A stretch of 64,000 bases of DNA from the NCBI GenBank assembly GCA_946411735.1, contig CAMKFB010000002.1:572-64571 (forward strand), written 5' to 3'. The notes beneath the pieces were generated by a model. The model was not told where the DNA came from. It ran no database searches and was given only the letters and a program-made list of their open reading frames with translations. Below, piece by piece: positions 62,400 through 64,000 of this stretch (position 1 is its first letter; every line of letters starts with the position of its first letter). The DNA comes from an uncultured Selenomonadales bacterium (GTDB taxonomy: Bacteria > Bacillota > Negativicutes > Selenomonadales > Selenomonadaceae). The translations under genes were made by a program, and so were the position numbers.

Positions 62400-64000
62400 A
62401 TGAGAATCGGCACCGTCAGAAAAATCCTCCTCGGGCTGACCGCTTTCAGCTTGTTCGTAACCCCCGCCCAAGCGTCCGAAATTACCGATCGGAACGGTGC
62501 TTCCTTGATCGATCCGACCGCCAACGTCCACAACCTCTACGCTCAACAGATCGACGGCACCACCGCCCGCAGCTCTTACGACAAATTTTCCCTCGACCAA
62601 AATCAGATTGCCAACATGCATTTCAATCAACGGGGCGGCACCACCTTCGCCACCGACCTTATCAACACCGTCAATCAGCGCATCGACATTAACGGCACCG
62701 TCAACGCCATCAGAAACGGCGCCATCGACGGCAACCTTTATTTCCTCTCGCCCGAGGGCATCGCCGTCGGTAAGACGGGCGTTATCAACGCGGGCGCTTT
62801 CATCGCGCAGTCCGAAGGCGGCTCCGTCGATATCAACGGCATCGTCAATGCTCGAAATAATATCACTCTCCAAGCTCAGAACATCACCCTCAACGGCGCG
62901 CAATTGACTTCGAATACCGATATCGACTTCACCACGCTCGTCAACGCAGGCACCACCGTCAATACCCTCGAAAATCTGTCGATGACTGCCGATCCGACAG
63001 GCAGCGGCGATATCATCATTGAGGCGAAGGCGACGCGCAACTTCACCGCCACGCCCGTGCTCAACGGCTCCGTCAGTCTGATGGCGATTGCCGTCAATGC
63101 CGGCATCAGCGACCTCGACAGCGCCTACGCTCAAAATCTCCTCAGTCAAGCCAAGAACTACTCATCGACCAAGCCCCTCGAAGTCTCTGCCAATATCGCC
63201 GATTCCATCATCACCGCCGACGGCGCCCTCACAATCAATACCGTCGAGCACATCGACGCCAACCTCGTCAACGGCACGCACAACACCGTCGGCGCCACCG
63301 TCATCGCCATCAATCATAACGCCAAGACCCTTATCGCCGGCTCCACCCTCAGCGGCTCATCCGTCGATATCGCCGCCCGTCAGGCAGGTAACATCAACTC
63401 CACCGTCAATCAGTCGGGCGCAGACGTCGCCGAGTTCGGCAGCAGTTTCAACTCCGTCAAACGAACGGGCGATACCGCCGTCAGCTTGCGCGGCTCATCC
63501 GTCACCGCCACCAACGGCAATCTCAACATCCGCGCGGAGGATAATCTTGCCGTCACGCTCAACAACCCCAATGATTTTTTCGCCACCCTCGGAATCCCCT
63601 CCACCGTCGTCAAGTCCATCAATGACTCCTCGACCCGCGTGATCATCAACAGATCCTCCGATTCCGCCAACAAATTGTCCGCTACAGGCGATATCAACGT
63701 CGACGCCGTTAACGACACCGCCGCCGACCTCACCGTCGCAAACGCCTTCATCACCACCATCAACGCCATCGATAACGCCGCCGCCAATATCACCATTCGG
63801 GATAACGGTCATTCTTTCAAGGGCAATAACATCAATTTCTCCACACGGTATAACCCCACCATCGCCGCGGCTTCATCGCCCTCGACCGCCAATCTCGGCG
63901 GCGACTCCGCCATCGAAGTCTCCAACGGCAATTACTTCAACGCCCACGTCGTCAATTTCGCCGCCACCTCGGGCGCAACCGCTCAAGCTCCCGACATCAT
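62400..64000 (+). CDS. TpsA exoprotein (filamentous-hemagglutinin-type, N-terminal TPS domain), 5' partial; runs off the window
   Basis: ATG 62400 follows AAAGGA. I translated the frame by hand to base 64000 and found no stop. Signal peptide ..LTAFSLFVTPAQA. TPS-domain-like ..SSYDKFSLDQNQIANMHFN..NGTVNA..LYFLSPEGIAVG... Then N/T/G/A-rich beta-helix repeats. Confidence 0.85.
   Translation, partial: MRIGTVRKILLGLTAFSLFVTPAQASEITDRNGASLIDPTANVHNLYAQQIDGTTARSSYDKFSLDQNQIANMHFNQRGGTTFATDLINTVNQRIDINGTVNAIRNGAIDGNLYFLSPEGIAVGKTGVINAGAFIAQSEGGSVDINGIVNARNNITLQAQNITLNGAQLTSNTDIDFTTLVNAGTTVNTLENLSMTADPTGSGDIIIEAKATRNFTATPVLNGSVSLMAIAVNAGISDLDSAYAQNLLSQAKNYSSTKPLEVSANIADSIITADGALTINTVEHIDANLVNGTHNTVGATVIAINHNAKTLIAGSTLSGSSVDIAARQAGNINSTVNQSGADVAEFGSSFNSVKRTGDTAVSLRGSSVTATNGNLNIRAEDNLAVTLNNPNDFFATLGIPSTVVKSINDSSTRVIINRSSDSANKLSATGDINVDAVNDTAADLTVANAFITTINAIDNAAANITIRDNGHSFKGNNINFSTRYNPTIAAASSPSTANLGGDSAIEVSNGNYFNAHVVNFAATSGATAQAPDI

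Overview
This is a GC-rich 64-kb chromosomal segment with about 60 protein genes. I saw no rRNA, tRNA, CRISPR array or transposase. The housekeeping genes look Firmicutes-like: grpE-dnaK-dnaJ, ribBA/ribH, aroC, ispH, rpsA, ispG, proS, thiD, rpe, mscL, topB. Clear outer-membrane biology sits beside them (a type Va autotransporter, a TpsB/TpsA pair, OMP-type C-terminal Phe). I therefore infer a diderm Firmicute, Negativicutes-like; this is inference only.

Main blocks:
- 1-11986: a surface/envelope operon (details below).
- 12086-14148: ribBA-SOR-ribH.
- 14135-22518 (minus strand): a Nik/Opp-type ABC operon with unusual inserted genes.
- 27943-29196: a DnaQ-exonuclease/TerD/RHH fusion.
- 30896-34599: the dnaK operon.
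- 38797-41733: a partial type IV pilus module.
- 48729-50920: an RTX gene broken by a 392-bp duplication.
- 56350-58941: a flavoprotein cluster.
- 60216-64000: a two-partner secretion locus.

Most notable observations:
1. The 12-bp palindrome CTCCGCGCGGAG is hyper-abundant. There are 13 perfect and 15 one-mismatch copies, read in all three frames inside genes.
2. A 12-kb operon couples three CsgG/FlgO-like paralogs, an LPP20/FlgP-like protein and two SH3-tethered wall hydrolases to a signal-less 1556-aa RTX/lectin/vWA protein and an autotransporter. I treat it as a candidate undescribed envelope export/anchoring module.
3. Sense-strand G-quadruplex motifs recur 24-27 nt upstream of start codons, and there are two families of orientation-locked intergenic repeats.
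4. Three apparent frame breaks occur, in dnaJ, at the ispH|rpsA junction and in the RTX gene.

All domain calls were made by eye from the translations. No database search was run.
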